Assembly (NCBI RefSeq): GCF_048593235.1
Contig: NC_133618.1
Span: 457,257,294 to 457,321,293 of the forward strand
Origin: Sminthopsis crassicaudata
Taxonomy: Eukaryota
Length of the DNA: 64,000 bases
Direction of reading: 5' to 3'
Part shown: in pieces, positions 35,770-48,489 of the stretch
How positions within the stretch are numbered: the stretch's first letter is position 1
Layout of the letters: every line of letters begins with the position of its first letter
Position numbers and translations under genes: made by a program
The notes under the pieces: model-generated
Told to the model about the DNA's origin: nothing
Seen by the model: the letters and a program-made list of their open reading frames with translations, nothing else
The model's database searches: none

Positions 35770-37560
35770 ATCAAGAAAAAGAGAAAGAATCCAATCAAAG
35801 AAACTAACTATGAGGATAGGGACAACTGGGATTCATCTTCACAGGAGGACATTAAAGGGGGAGGAAGCCTCTCCTATCTCAAAGAGTAAAGTTAAATGAC
35901 TACATGCTCAGAAAGAATTTACAGAAAAAACTCAAAAAAGACTTTGAAAATCGAAATGCAAGAGTTTGAGGAAAGACTAAAAAAATTAAATAAGAACAAA
36001 TATACAATATACAAAAAGGTTAGGAAAAAAATCAACCAATTAGAAAAGGAGATCCAGAATCTTAAAGAAGAAAATGATTCTTTGAAAATTAGAATTGGGA
36101 GAGGGGAAATACAGTGATAAGAGACCAAGAAATAATAAAACAAAATATAAAGAATGAAAAAATAAAAGAGAATGTGAAACATAAAAAAAACAACATTTGT
36201 GGAGATAAGATTCAGGAAAGAAAACATAAGAATCTGAAATCTATGAGCAAAGAAAACATAAGAATCTGAAATCTATGAGCAAAGAAAGAACCTTGACACA
36301 ATAATGCAAGAAATAATCAAAGAAAATAGTCATGGAGTGATAGAATAAGAGGAGGAAATAGTAAAAGAAAAAACAATTTACCAATCATTATCTCCAAGAT
36401 ATTCTACAAGGAAAACATATAGGAACATTATTGCTAAATTTCTAAAACCCCTAGGTCAAAGAGAATATTTTACAAAAAACAAGAACAACAAAACACGATT
36501 CAAATATGCTGGAGCTACAATTAGAAATTGTACAAGATTTGTCAGGAGTTACTACAAAAGACCACAGATCCTGGAATACAATATATAAACTATCAAAAGA
36601 ATTAGACCAGCAGCCAAAACTATTATATCTAGCAAAATTAGGCATAATAAGTGAAAAAAAATAGACATTCAATGAACTCACAAATTTTCAGGATATCATC
36701 TCAAGGAAACCTGAATTCAATAGAGCTGATAAATAAGAGCCAACGTCAAAGACTAAATTCAAGGAATTCAACAAGGACAGTTATGTTTTGTAATGGAAAT
36801 ATAAACCATATGTCTAAGATTGACATCAGTAATTGAATAGTCTAAAAGAAAGACTGAGACAGAATTGAGTGTGGTCTGATTCTAAAAAGCAAAATTGACA
36901 AGGAAAAGTTAAAAATAGTTATTATCGTATATGAAAGCAATGCAGAGGAAGAATCAATACAGAGGCTTTAAAAGGGGAAAAGAGAGCTGGTTGTTCTGAA
37001 ACCTAATTACATCTCATATTGGTTAAATAGGGTGGCAGTGGACAAATAGATTAATGGGAAAGGAATAAAAAAGGAAGGGAAAGGCATAGGATAAGTTAGG
37101 GTTCAGTGGGATATTCAGATTAATGGGAGTGAGATGATGTATATAGATTAATATAAAGAGAGAGGGAAAAGGTAAGGGGGAAAGATAAGAGAGGTATCCA
37201 TGGGTGGGGGGAGTTTAAATAATAGCAAGGCAAATTGAGGAATAGAATTACAGTACAAGTTAGCAGGGACAGGAAATAGGAGATATACATATACCCCACA
37301 ATAAGGAGCAGGAGTAGAATCTATTAGAAAAAAAAAAAAAAGTAAGGTTAGTAATCCTTGATCTCAAAGTCAAACTTAAAAGATTCAATCAAGAGAGAAA
37401 TCTATGTCAGCCATATTAATATTGTTTTAGATATGTATCTATGTGTGTGTAAATATGTATATAGGTGTATATAAGTAGATATATTTATTATATGGAGGTG
37501 GGTGTGCAGGTATGTGTATATATGTATATATGTATATGTATGTATACATAACTTGTAGTC
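35770..37560 (+). mobile_element. L1 5' fragment: decayed ORF1 plus a purine-rich inter-ORF spacer
   Basis: Coiled-coil ORF1 remnant (LKIEMQEFEERL...INQLEKEIQNLKEENDSLKIRIG) and C-terminal motifs aggaacattattgctaaattt (RNIIAKF), tcctggaatacaatatat and ccaaaactattatatctagcaaaatta (P.I.YPAKL-like). Confidence 0.8.
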
Positions 37561-39785
37561 TGCTTGAAAGAGGATCTATGATTATGCAATTACAAATTTG
37601 GAGCTAAAAGGGTCTTTACAGGTCCATCTATCTAGTTTCACCAACTTTTCATATAACAGAGGCCTAGAAAATTGAAATGATTTATTCAAGGTCTAACAGC
37701 TAAGAAGTAGCAGAATCAGGATACGACCTCTGTTCCTTTTATTTGAAATCCAATAACTTTTCTCTAGCCAGAGAGTAGAGAGGAGATTTAGAGAGTCTGA
37801 GGTAAATGGAAAACAGAGGAATAGAGTGACTAGGAAAAGCTAAAGGGGAGTTTACCATGAAGGGTAGCTGGAAGAGCAGAGATGGGAACACATAGAATCA
37901 TATTCCACATTACAGTAATCAGTGGCAATGTGTTTATAGAGTATAAGGTAGGAGACTTGGCAAAGGCAATATAGCCCAGCAGTTAGATTTCTGGATTTGA
38001 TGTCAGGAAGACCTGAAATTCAGATCCAGCTTCCAAAACTTACTAGCTGTGTCTCTAAGCAAGTAACTTAACTATTCTTGGCCATAGTTTTCTCATGTGT
38101 AAAGCGTGGGCATTGAGCTGCATAATTTCTGAGCTCCATCCCATCCCTTAATCTATGATTTTAAGGTTTCACCTTGATTGGAAGGCGGTCCAAGAGAGAG
38201 GCTTGATGGCTACTGGGCTTGGTGGAACCGAGTGGCTTCTCAGGACTGATGAGACACTGGGACAGGGAGAAGGATGGCTGGATTGCCAGGAATGTTTCTC
38301 TATCTAGTGCAGGAAAGTAATGCTTGCTTCGAGGTCTAACATTCCCTATTCTACAGGCTTATGTTTTATGATTCAATTAACACCAAATGAAGGATCATTT
38401 TTCCATATGAAGAGTCACACCCAAATTTAGTAATTTTATAAGTTAGGGTTTTAACACATCACCTATAGAAACTGACACAGAAATTCGGTGTAATTGAAAA
38501 GCTAACTGAAACCCTGGAGGGAACTACCCTCTTTGGCATTAATGAGCACACAGCAAAATCCTAGCCTAATGTTGCATGGAGTTGGGGGACAGATCAATAA
38601 CCATCAAGTCAAAACAGATCCTCGGTCTCCTGTCCCCCTTCCAATCTGCCCCCACCAGTCAGCCAGTGAACCCTGAAGTATGTTATTAACGACAGCATTT
38701 GAGGCAGTTAATGGAACATCTTTATGAGGCACAGGCTGGAGCGGGAGCAGTCAAGGTCCCTTTGCATGCATGAGCCAAGGAATCCTGACTTAGCAGCTGT
38801 ATGTATTAAATGCATTGATGGGCTTTGGGAAAATTTTTAAATTGTCAGGTCTCATCTTCCTATTCCTTCCTATGGGGATTTCCTGTGCTCAGAAGTTCTG
38901 TTAAAAAAAAAAATAAACCAAGCTTAAAGCATAGGCTTGATTTCAGTCCTTTAGCACACCACTTATATTATGTTAAGAAAGTTAATGAGCAAAAATGGAA
39001 AACAGAAGGCATGGAGGGGCTGCCGTCAGTATCAGTGCATGGAGTACCTTTTAATAAGCCAGATATCTTTAAATATTAAAACTCTTGGCATGAACTGGGG
39101 GTAGAAAGAGGGTCCCATGTACTCTAAAATATCTCTTTCTTGAGTTAGCCAATGCTCTGAATTTCACCTTTTTTTTTTTTTTTCACTCTACCTAGAACTC
39201 CAATTTTTGATACCAATGTATGTGTAAATGGCCCTAGAGGAAGATAATGCAAACCATCCCTCATAGTATCCTAAGATGAATAAGAAGGAATTCTGTTTTG
39301 TGTGAATGAATATGGTAGGAGAAAAATAACTCTGAACTCCTAAAGAGTTCAAAGGCCAGATGAGCACAAATGCTAGAACACCTGGCCAAGCTAAAAAGAC
39401 TTTAAATATGAGCTCAGTTTCTATCGTTTCTGGGATCATAAGATCATTGATCTAAAAGTAGGAAGGATCTCAAGTGATCATCTCTCAATTTTACATATAA
39501 ATACAGAGACCCAAAAGGTTTAAATTGCTTGCCCAAAATTACACAAAGTGGCAGAGCTCTGATTTGAACCCCAGTTCTCTGCTTTCAAACAAGGTAATCT
39601 TTCTAATCTACCACTAACCTAACCTAAAATTAAATGATAAGGTTTTCACCAATTTGACTACAATCTAATGAATTTTTCCAAGACTGACTATTAAGCTGCA
39701 ACAGTGTGGCAATCTGTACTGGTAGTATCAATGGACTTATAGGCATCTGAAATATTGACGTCAATGGATTGATTTCCTTCTTGTT

Positions 39786-39814
39786 GGTTGTTTTTTGTTT
39801 TTGTTTTTGTTTTT

Positions 39815-39845
<31 letters not shown>
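39786..39845. repeat. (TTTTG/TTTTTG)n microsatellite
   Basis: Direct reading. Confidence 0.9.
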
Positions 39846-39847
<2 letters not shown>

Positions 39848-41406
39848 TTAAGAAGAAGAAATGGGAATAAACCAAGAGAGTATTGAGCACCTGAAGAGAG
39901 CAGGAAGGAGTTTCCATAGAGGAAGTTGGAAGAGTATAAAGCAAAGAAAGGCTTGACAGTAGGAGATACCCACAGAATGACTCTTTCCCAGAAAGCAATT
40001 CTTCACAAACTTTATTGCCTTGGATCCCCAACCCAGAGCAGATTAGAGACAAAGAAATAGAGGATGGAGTGATTGTTACTGAAAAACTCAAGGACCACAG
40101 GAAAAATGAAAGATCAGCAACAAAGAAGGATACTGGAAAACCCACCAGGAGTGTGAGATTTCTATTATCATACAAGACAATTAATAAGGAATGATCACAT
40201 TGAGAAGACTATGTCATCTAGGAAAGCTTAAGTGATATTCAGGGTCCTCTAACTAATTAGCAGGAGTATATTGGAGGTGAAATACATATTAGATAACTTC
40301 ACTGAAGATTGTTAAAAACATTTTTAAAAGTGCTGGTGTTTAACAGCATGAAGCTTTAATTACGCAGAAATTTCACTTACTTAGAAGAATTCAGTCTCCA
40401 GTGATATGAGGTAAATAAGGAATGACAACCTACTAATTGTAAAAACCCATATTATTTACAGGGAAATGAATCTTTACATTTTCCTTTTGTTTAGACCTAA
40501 ATCATTAAAGTATACTTTTGCAAATGTCTCTTAAATACAAGTAAAAGGAAAGATAACTAGCTTCTTTGGATGATACAAATGAAAGAGAAGATTGCAATTA
40601 GAAAAATAAGCCAAATCTAAAAGAATGGCTCTTTGTAGAGATGAAGACAAAATATATACTTGGGTTTTTTTAAATTAATTTTTACAAGTTCTAGATGGAA
40701 AAAGAATGCATGCACATTAGTGTATGTAAGAGGGGGGAGAGTTGGGAGTTTGTAGTGCACGAATACAAGGTCAGTATGAGTCAACATAACAGGAATACTA
40801 AAGAAATGCAATCATAGACTGAATTACTAAATGCACAGTTTACAGGAAAAGTATAACAGGTTCATAGATCTAAAGCTGGCAAGGACCAGAGAGGTCATTC
40901 AGCCCTACCCCCTCTTTTTTTTTTTACAGATAAGGGCCTTGAAATGATACTAAGTGATTTCATTAAGCTTGCATAGGTACTAAGTTTCAGAGATGGAAAA
41001 AGGAGTCCTGGATTTGAATCCAACCATTTTCTAGCTGTATAAATATGGGTGAAACATTTAATCTCACTGTTTGTATTTATTCATTTTTAAAGTAAGAGAG
41101 CTGGGTCTGAAAACTTCTAAGATTCCTTCAAGCTATAAATCTAAGATGCTATGAGTCTAGTTCCTCTGTGTCCAGTGCCAGTGCCTTTTAAGTGACTGGA
41201 GTTATATCTCCATCTAGAGCACTGTCTTTGGCTTTCAGGGGGAAATTTTAGAAAGGACAAGATGGAATATATTCTGAAGAATGAGTATGGTTAAAAGATG
41301 GGAAACAGTTGATGATGTTTAGTTTGGAGAAGGCTCAGAGAGTTAGTTTCATTCACTTATATGAAAAAAGTTAGATTTTCCAGTTTGCCTTGAAAGCATT
41401 TGATTA

Positions 41407-42555
41407 GATGCAGAAAAGATTAGAAGGGAAGCAATAAACCGGGAAAACATTTTTATAGTCAAAGATTCTGATAAAGGCCTCATTTTCAAAATATATAGTG
41501 AATTGACTCTAATTTATAAGAAATCAAGCCAATCTCCAATTGATAAATGGTCAAAGGATATGAACAGACAATTTTTGGATGAAGAAAGAGAAACTATTTC
41601 TAGCTCCAAATCATTATTAATCAGAGAAATGCAAATTAAGAGATACAGTCTGTCAGATTGGCTAGGATGACAGGAAAAGATAATGCTGAATGTTGGAGGG
41701 GATGTGGTAACACTGGGACACTGGTGCATTGTTGGTGGAATTGTGAAAGAATCCAACCAATCTGGAGAGCAATTTGAAACTATGCTCAAAAAGTTATCAA
41801 ATTGTACATACCCTTTGACCCAACAGTATTACTACTGGGCTTATATCCCAAAGAGATCTTAAAGAAGGACCCACATGTGCAAAAATATTTGTGGCCCTTT
41901 TTGTAGTGGCAAGAAAGTGAAAACTCAGTGGATACCCATCAATTGGAGAATAGCTTAATAAATTATGGTAAATGAATGCTATGGAATAAATACTATTGCT
42001 CTATAAGAAATGACCAGAAGAATGATTTCAAAGAAGCCTGGAGAGACTTACATGAACTGATGAATGAATGAAATGAGCAGAACCAGGAGATCATTATACA
42101 CGGCAATAATAACACTATATAATGATCAGTTCTGATGGACGTGACCTTCTCCAACAATGAAATGAACCAAATCAGTTCCATTTTCAATAATGAAGAGAAC
42201 CAGTTACACCCAGTGAAAGAATTATAGGAAATGAGTGTGAACCACAATATAGCATTTCCACTCCCTCCGTTTTTGTCTGCTAGCATTTTTGATTTCCTTC
42301 TCAGGTTATTTTTACCTTACTTCTAACTCTGATTTTTCTTGTGCAGCAAAATAACTGTATGGATATGTATACATATATTGTATTTAACATATACTTTAGC
42401 ATATTTAATATGTATTGGTCTATGGGCCATCTAGGAAAGGAGGTAGGAGGAAGAAGGAGAAAAGTTGGAACAGAAGGTTTTATAATTGTCAATGCTGAAA
42501 AATTACCTATGCATATATTTTGTAAATAAAAAGCTATAATAAAAACATTTAAAAA
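41407..42555 (+). mobile_element. 5'-truncated marsupial L1 with a TSD (GAAAGCATTTGATTA 41392-41406 / GAAAGCATATGATTA 42556-42570)
   Basis: ORF2 C-terminal motifs (tctgataaaggcctcattt..aaaatatatag, ccaattgataaatggtcaaaggatatgaacagaca), the 3' UTR and an A-rich tail. The TSD is 15 bp with one mismatch. Confidence 0.9.
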
Positions 42556-44889
42556 GAAAGCATATGATTAAGAACAATGAATAGGAATTGAAAGAACATT
42601 TCAGTTCTGTAAGGAAGGAAATCAAACCAAACCAAACAAAAAAGGAACAACAACAATAGCACCAACACCATCACTATCTTAATCATCACCTCAGTCTTAA
42701 AATGGAAAAGGCTCTCTCAGGATATAATGGGCTTCCTTTTGCTTGAGGTTTTCAAGTAGCATGTCCTTAAGGCATTTTCTATTCAGGAACAGTTTAGAAC
42801 AGGAACTTTCTGGCACCCCCTCATATTCTGGGATTAAATATTTCTTGTTTTCTGAATTTCTCTGAGGATGGGGCACTCTGAAAGAAGGTTCTTCAAATCA
42901 GAATATTAGAAATAAAAAGAAATGCCTCCAGTTTGTACTATACTTAATATCAAAATCCAAGCCACCAGTGGAAAGCATTTTGTTACAAATATTGTGAATT
43001 TTTTTTACAAATTTTACAAAATTCTGAATTTTCAGATGAAGATAGAGGCAAAGGATGGGGAAGCAGAAGCACAAACTTTATTTCTTCCTATCTAGGCATC
43101 ATTTATTCATTTGTCAAATATTGTCTAACAGGCAGGTCCCAGTTTCCCTATCTGTAAAATGGAAGGGTAGTCTTGTGACTATTAAGATACATCATAGTTC
43201 TAAGAGTCCAAGAAATTTTAAGAAACTGTTTCCTACTTGGTGCTTTCACAGAATGACAGAAGGAGCCTCAGGGACTATCACCTTACAAAATCCTTATCAA
43301 GTATAAACTTTTGCTTGAAAATCCAGAAAAAGAGAGCCCACTAATAAATAGCATTCTTTTTTGGAGGGTGGATTGAATTAGAAGACTAATGTCTAATGTC
43401 CCTTCCCATTCTAAGATTCTGTGAAGTTTTTCTCCTCTGCAAATTCCATAATTACTCCTAGTTTCTGTCTTCTGTTGCCACCCAGAGCAATCTCTCTTCT
43501 ATGACAGCCTTTCTAATCCTGTAGAATAGCTATTATTTCTTCACTAAGGTATTTACCTCCAGGCTGAGCACCCTCACATCCCCCATACTCTTCAAGGTTC
43601 TTCAGTTCTCTCACTCTATTGGCTGTGTTTTCTAGACATCCCCCAATTTATCTGTATTTTCTTAAATGTGATGCTCAGAACTAAAAACGGTCCTGCAGAT
43701 GTGGCCTGCCAAGAGAATATAGCACAATTTTTACTCTTCATTTTGCACTATGCTTCTCTTAATGCAGCCTAAAATAGCATCTTCTTTTTTTCTGTTACAG
43801 TATATAACTAACTTATATAGAACTTACAGTTCATGAAAACCCCAAAATTTCCTTCCTTCCCTTTCTAGGGCCTGTTGTCTAACCATTTGTATTTGTGAAG
43901 GTGATATTAGGAATTCACATGTAGTACTCTGAACTTATGCTTTTAAATTTTGTTTTAAATTCAACTCTTACTGCAGTGATTCTGCAGGTTTCTTGCTTCT
44001 GCCATTGTCACAGGAAAGAAAAAAGAGGTTGACAGAGGGAAACCCAAAGCTTGGTCAAAGTTCTTCTGTAGGAAAGAATCACCCTGGGAGATTCCTTCTG
44101 TTTGAGGGAAGCCCCATCCACATGTCACTATCTGCTATGGCAGGATTATAAATAAGTCATCTGCCTTATCAAACATTTATAGCAGTTTGGGAGTCAGTAA
44201 AAGCTTCTGGGCCTGGGGTTGATACATAGTGACTGCTTGTTTTCCATCTCCAATCCCAGTTTTACAGTTTATTTTTCTTTTGCTTAGGAATGTGACAGAA
44301 TGAACTTTACTTCTACACTGAAATTATTAATTATTAACACCTAGATGAGAAGAATCAGCCCCTTCTCTTCCACACAAAAGTAAGAGGGACTTATTGAAAG
44401 AAGCTATAGACAAGACTAGCACCCACCTCCAAACACCCTGAGGAAAAATATGAAGGGCAAATTTGTCTTCAGTGCCTCCATTCTTCCACTCCCTCCCTGA
44501 CTCCATTCTGCCTTAATCCATGCAGTCATATGCCCTTTCTTGCTACCTCTCTTTATATGGCCTACTGATTCCTTCTTCCTTTCAAAAAGTGCTTTCAGGA
44601 AAGGCTCTTCTAGCCACTTAATAAAAACAACACATTTATAGAGTGCTTTGAATTAAAAGAAATTGTCTTGACTTTGGGACTATAAAGGACCTTGGAGTTC
44701 ATGTAGTCTAACTCTCAATTCACTGATGAGAAAATTGAGTCCCAGAGAGATATGACTTCTCTAAAGAATAAACAATCAAATTGAGGGTTTTTTTAAACTC
44801 TGAAGCAGATAGATTATTCAATTCAATTTAATTAAAATTTATGAAATGCCTCCTATATGCCAGGAACTGTGCTGAGTTCTAAAGATACA

Positions 44890-45170
44890 AAAAACTGTAC
44901 CTGCCCTATATTAAATGGATCAGTGATTTCATCAATGTGGGTTATTCAATGATGCAAATCACTATCCAAGCACTAAACATCCTTGCTTTCTCATTTAGGG
45001 CAACTTTGGTTAATGGTCTCCCATAAATCCTACCCAATTAGTTCACTCAAAGTACTGGGAGCCTTCCTTTAGATAAGTATCAACTCATAGATTCTGCAAA
45101 TGGAGTGGCCAGACATTATTCCTCACTTTTGACACATGAATGGTCTACCTCTTTTAAGACTCCTTCATTT
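44890..45170. mobile_element. WALLSI-type / RTE-tailed marsupial SINE fragment
   Basis: atggatcagtgatttcatcaatgtggg is the reverse of the RTE 3' terminus; the downstream body is WALLSI-like. Confidence 0.45.
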
Positions 45171-45559
45171 ACTGGATAATAATCAACTTCTCTTGTGCAA
45201 TACTTTAATGGGTAACCGGCCATTTTAATTTTTTGTAGACTGTGATGGTATATCAAGACTTGCAGCGATAGAACCCACTATAAAAATATCCAAATTGAAT
45301 CGATGAGCCTTTGATATGGAGAGAAATTTAAGGAAAATGCAGTTTTTCCTCCTGGTTAATTCTGGACTAAGTTCAAAAGATTATCCTAAACTGTTTGAAG
45401 GGATCTTAGAGGCTAACTAGCCTAACCACTTAATTTTATAAATGAGGACTAGGGAGATTAAGTGAATTGCTCAAGATCATGCAAATAAAAAGGTTCCAAA
45501 ATAACTGTCAAGTTATCAGTATTGGTGACTCAGTAAAATCTGGTGGACTTTGATGCATA

Positions 45560-45995
45560 AAAACATCCTTTACAATTTGATTTTTCCTTGTGGTTAGGCT
45601 GACCTCAAGCTGAACTCTTCTGAATGATTATGGATTTCATTTAGGAAGATTTGAAATGCTCTGGTTTAATGCAATCAGCACAATGCCATCTGCAAACAGA
45701 AGCACCTGGAAGACCTCTAGATTTGTGATTTCCTTGATTTTGAGCTCCCCTCTATCCAATATAGAGCACAATTCATACATTCCTGCCCATCCTATACAAG
45801 TTTTGTACAGCATGTTCTCCCAAAGTTCATTACTAAGAGTTCTTCTGTTGTCTTGGAAGCTTTTCTTCCTTTCTTCCAACATTGCAGGTTATCTAACTGC
45901 TGGCTATCTACTTGCCCTTTATCACTCTTGTCAAGTGACCAGTCAACTTCTCTTCCTATGATAAAAGTCTTTAATGACATTTTGAGTACATTGAC
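45560..45995 (-). mobile_element. RTE-clade LINE fragments (3'-end piece followed by an RT-motif piece)
   Basis: The minus strand has DVIKDFYHRKRS (RTE C-terminal YDRKRRWAGHV-like) and the 3' terminus gagatcacagatct-like, then EVFQVLLFADGIVLIA (LLFADD motif). Confidence 0.75.
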
Positions 45996-46129
45996 TTCAG
46001 AAGCTGCAAAGTTCAGGGGATAGAGCAGTAGACTCAAGAGTCTGGAAGGCTTGAATTCAAATCCCAAATATGATACTTAGTAGCTACATAAGCCTTTCAG
46101 CTGATTCATCTGTCAAAAGGCATTTATTC

Positions 46130-46550
46130 AAAAGTGGTTATAATGTGACAGACAGGAAGACAAAACAAGAAGTAAAACATGGTCCCTACCCTCCAGAAGC
46201 TCACATGCTAATGGGGCAGACCTCATAAATAATATACAAATAACATACAAATAAATAATTATGTGCATATAAGAGAGAGATTAATAGAAGATAATCTCAG
46301 AGCAAAAGGACTACCAGTAGAGACTGAGAGAGAAGGACAAGAAGAACTTGGATTTGATCAATCTTGAAAAAAGCTAAGGAATCCAGGAAGACAAAGATGA
46401 ATAAAGGGGGAGCATTCTAGGTATGGAAAAAAGTGAGTACAAAGGCATGGATTTGGGAGTTAGAATATCCCATATGAGGGACAGCAAATAGGCCTATATA
46501 CCTGGACCCTGTGATTCAAGAAGGGAATTATAATGTAAGAGGACTGCAGT
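46130..46550 (-). mobile_element. L2 3' fragment
   Basis: ccctaccctccagaagctcaca..ctaatgggg and gagcattctaggtatgg...caaaggcatgga, typical antisense L2 motifs. Confidence 0.6.
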
Positions 46551-47045
46551 GGAAGAGGTCTGCTTGGCCATTCATCTAATCCCTCTGAACCTCAGTTTCC
46601 TCACCTGTAAAATGAAGGGATTTGACTAAAAAGTCTCTAAAGTTCTTTCCAGCTCTGATTTTATGGCCTCATTATCTCTCTATTATTATTATTATTATAT
46701 CAACCTCCCAGATGCAAATGAGAGTTCACATTTACTTTAGCATTTTAAGGTTCACAAAGTAATGACTTTGCATACATTATCTCATTTAATCCTCACAATA
46801 ACCCCATAAGGTAGGTAGCATGATGATTATATCTCCATTTTGTAGATGACTTGTCAAGGTTACACAGCTAATACACCTTAGTCATTACATTTTCTCTCCT
46901 AGAGGGAATATGCTATTTAACCTGATTTTAACAGAAATAAGAAATAGATATTAGCTTCCCAGAAGACTAGCTAGTCCAATCTAGTTTTTTACAAATGAGA
47001 AACTTGAGGTCCAGAAATGTTAAATGACTTACCTAAAATCACATG

Positions 47046-47290
47046 GGGGCAGTAAGTGGCAGAAAGAGTGCCATGATTGGAGTTAGAAAGACTCATTTTC
47101 ATGAGTTCAAATATGGCTTCAGACATTTACTAGCTATGTGATCCAGGGCAAGTTACTTCACCCCATTTGCCTCAGTTTCCTCATCTGTAAAATGAGCTGG
47201 AGAAGGAAATGCCAAACTCTTCTGGCATTTTTACCAAGGAAATGCACTCACAGACTTCGACAGGATTGAAATAACTGCACAATAACAAAA
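47046..47290 (+). mobile_element. Near full-length MAR1-type SINE
   Basis: Head, CORE, the ctggagaaggaaatg.caaac tail and an aataacaaaa end. Confidence 0.85.
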
Positions 47291-48489
47291 GCACACAGGT
47301 AGCAAATGGTCAAGATGGGATTAAGATCAAGGTCTTCTGGATCCCAAATCAAGAGCGCCATCTTGTAGGCCACACTTCCCCTTCTCAATGTGAAAAGAAA
47401 GAGCTTTTTTCTCTTAGAGAAATTTGAAACGTCAGTGAACAAAAGGTGTATACCTTAAGCAGCAGGACTCTAAGAGCCATAAACCATAGCATTGCTTAAG
47501 CTTAGCTCTATAGCCAATACTCAACTATAGTGTGCACCAGTGAGAGGATGTTTTTTCCTCTAGCTTTTATGCAAAGTAGATAATCACAGGACCTGTAGGT
47601 GGAGGTGGACATGGGGGAAAGAGGTTTTAGTCTTGGTTTTTCCAGGGCTAAGATATGCTACAAAAGCCTGTTCTCAGGCTCACCTTTGACTGATTCACAA
47701 GAAAAATCCCCATAAAAGTAAGGAACAATAGGTCTGTCCATGACTGTTAGGGCATTGGGCATCAGCAGTAGTTTTGCTACAATATATACCAAGTGTCTCA
47801 TTAACTGGTTGGTGGCAGGCAGGGAGGGGGGACTGTCTGGGAGATAAATAAATTGGAGTAGATCTGGCTCTCAGTTCCCTCCCAGCAAGGGAAGAATAAC
47901 AGCAGAAGTCCCTGCTTGGCCTTTGCCCTGACTGCAGCCCCATGGGCTGTAATATAATTAACAAGTAGTACAAGAAAGAAAAAAAGAGAAAAATTCCAAA
48001 GCTTCTAGCTTTTGCAAAACAACATCTGCAGGGGCACAAAGGAAATCCCAGCTGGGCTATCAAGAGTGGATCTAGCACTGATTAAGTTATTAGACAGACA
48101 CTAACACTCCAGGGATGGGTCTTGTTGGCCACACAGGGACCATCTCTAAAGGGATCATAGTCTCTAAACATGATAACCTTGTCCGCTCTAGCTCACAAAG
48201 CTGTTTGAAACAGGAGGAGACTAGGAGAATGAATGAAAGGCAATTAAAAAAAACATTTTACCCCAAGAGCCGTTTAGAACACCATCAAAAAAAGACAAGA
48301 GGCTCTCTCTTATTTTTTGAGTCCTAGAATTTCATGACTAGAATGAACCTTAGAGGTCATTTACTCTAACCTATCATCCATAAAAGGAATCTCTTTTGGG
48401 ATATTTTGCCCAAGTAGAGTATCTTTCCCAATCATCCTCTCTCTTGCTCCTTACTTTTCTCCTCTTTTCTCTTTTCTTTATTCCTATCA

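Noticed and set aside
39630-40175. 181-aa ORF (longest in the track)
   Set aside because: It runs through the TTTTG microsatellite and low-complexity sequence, so it is a chance ORF.
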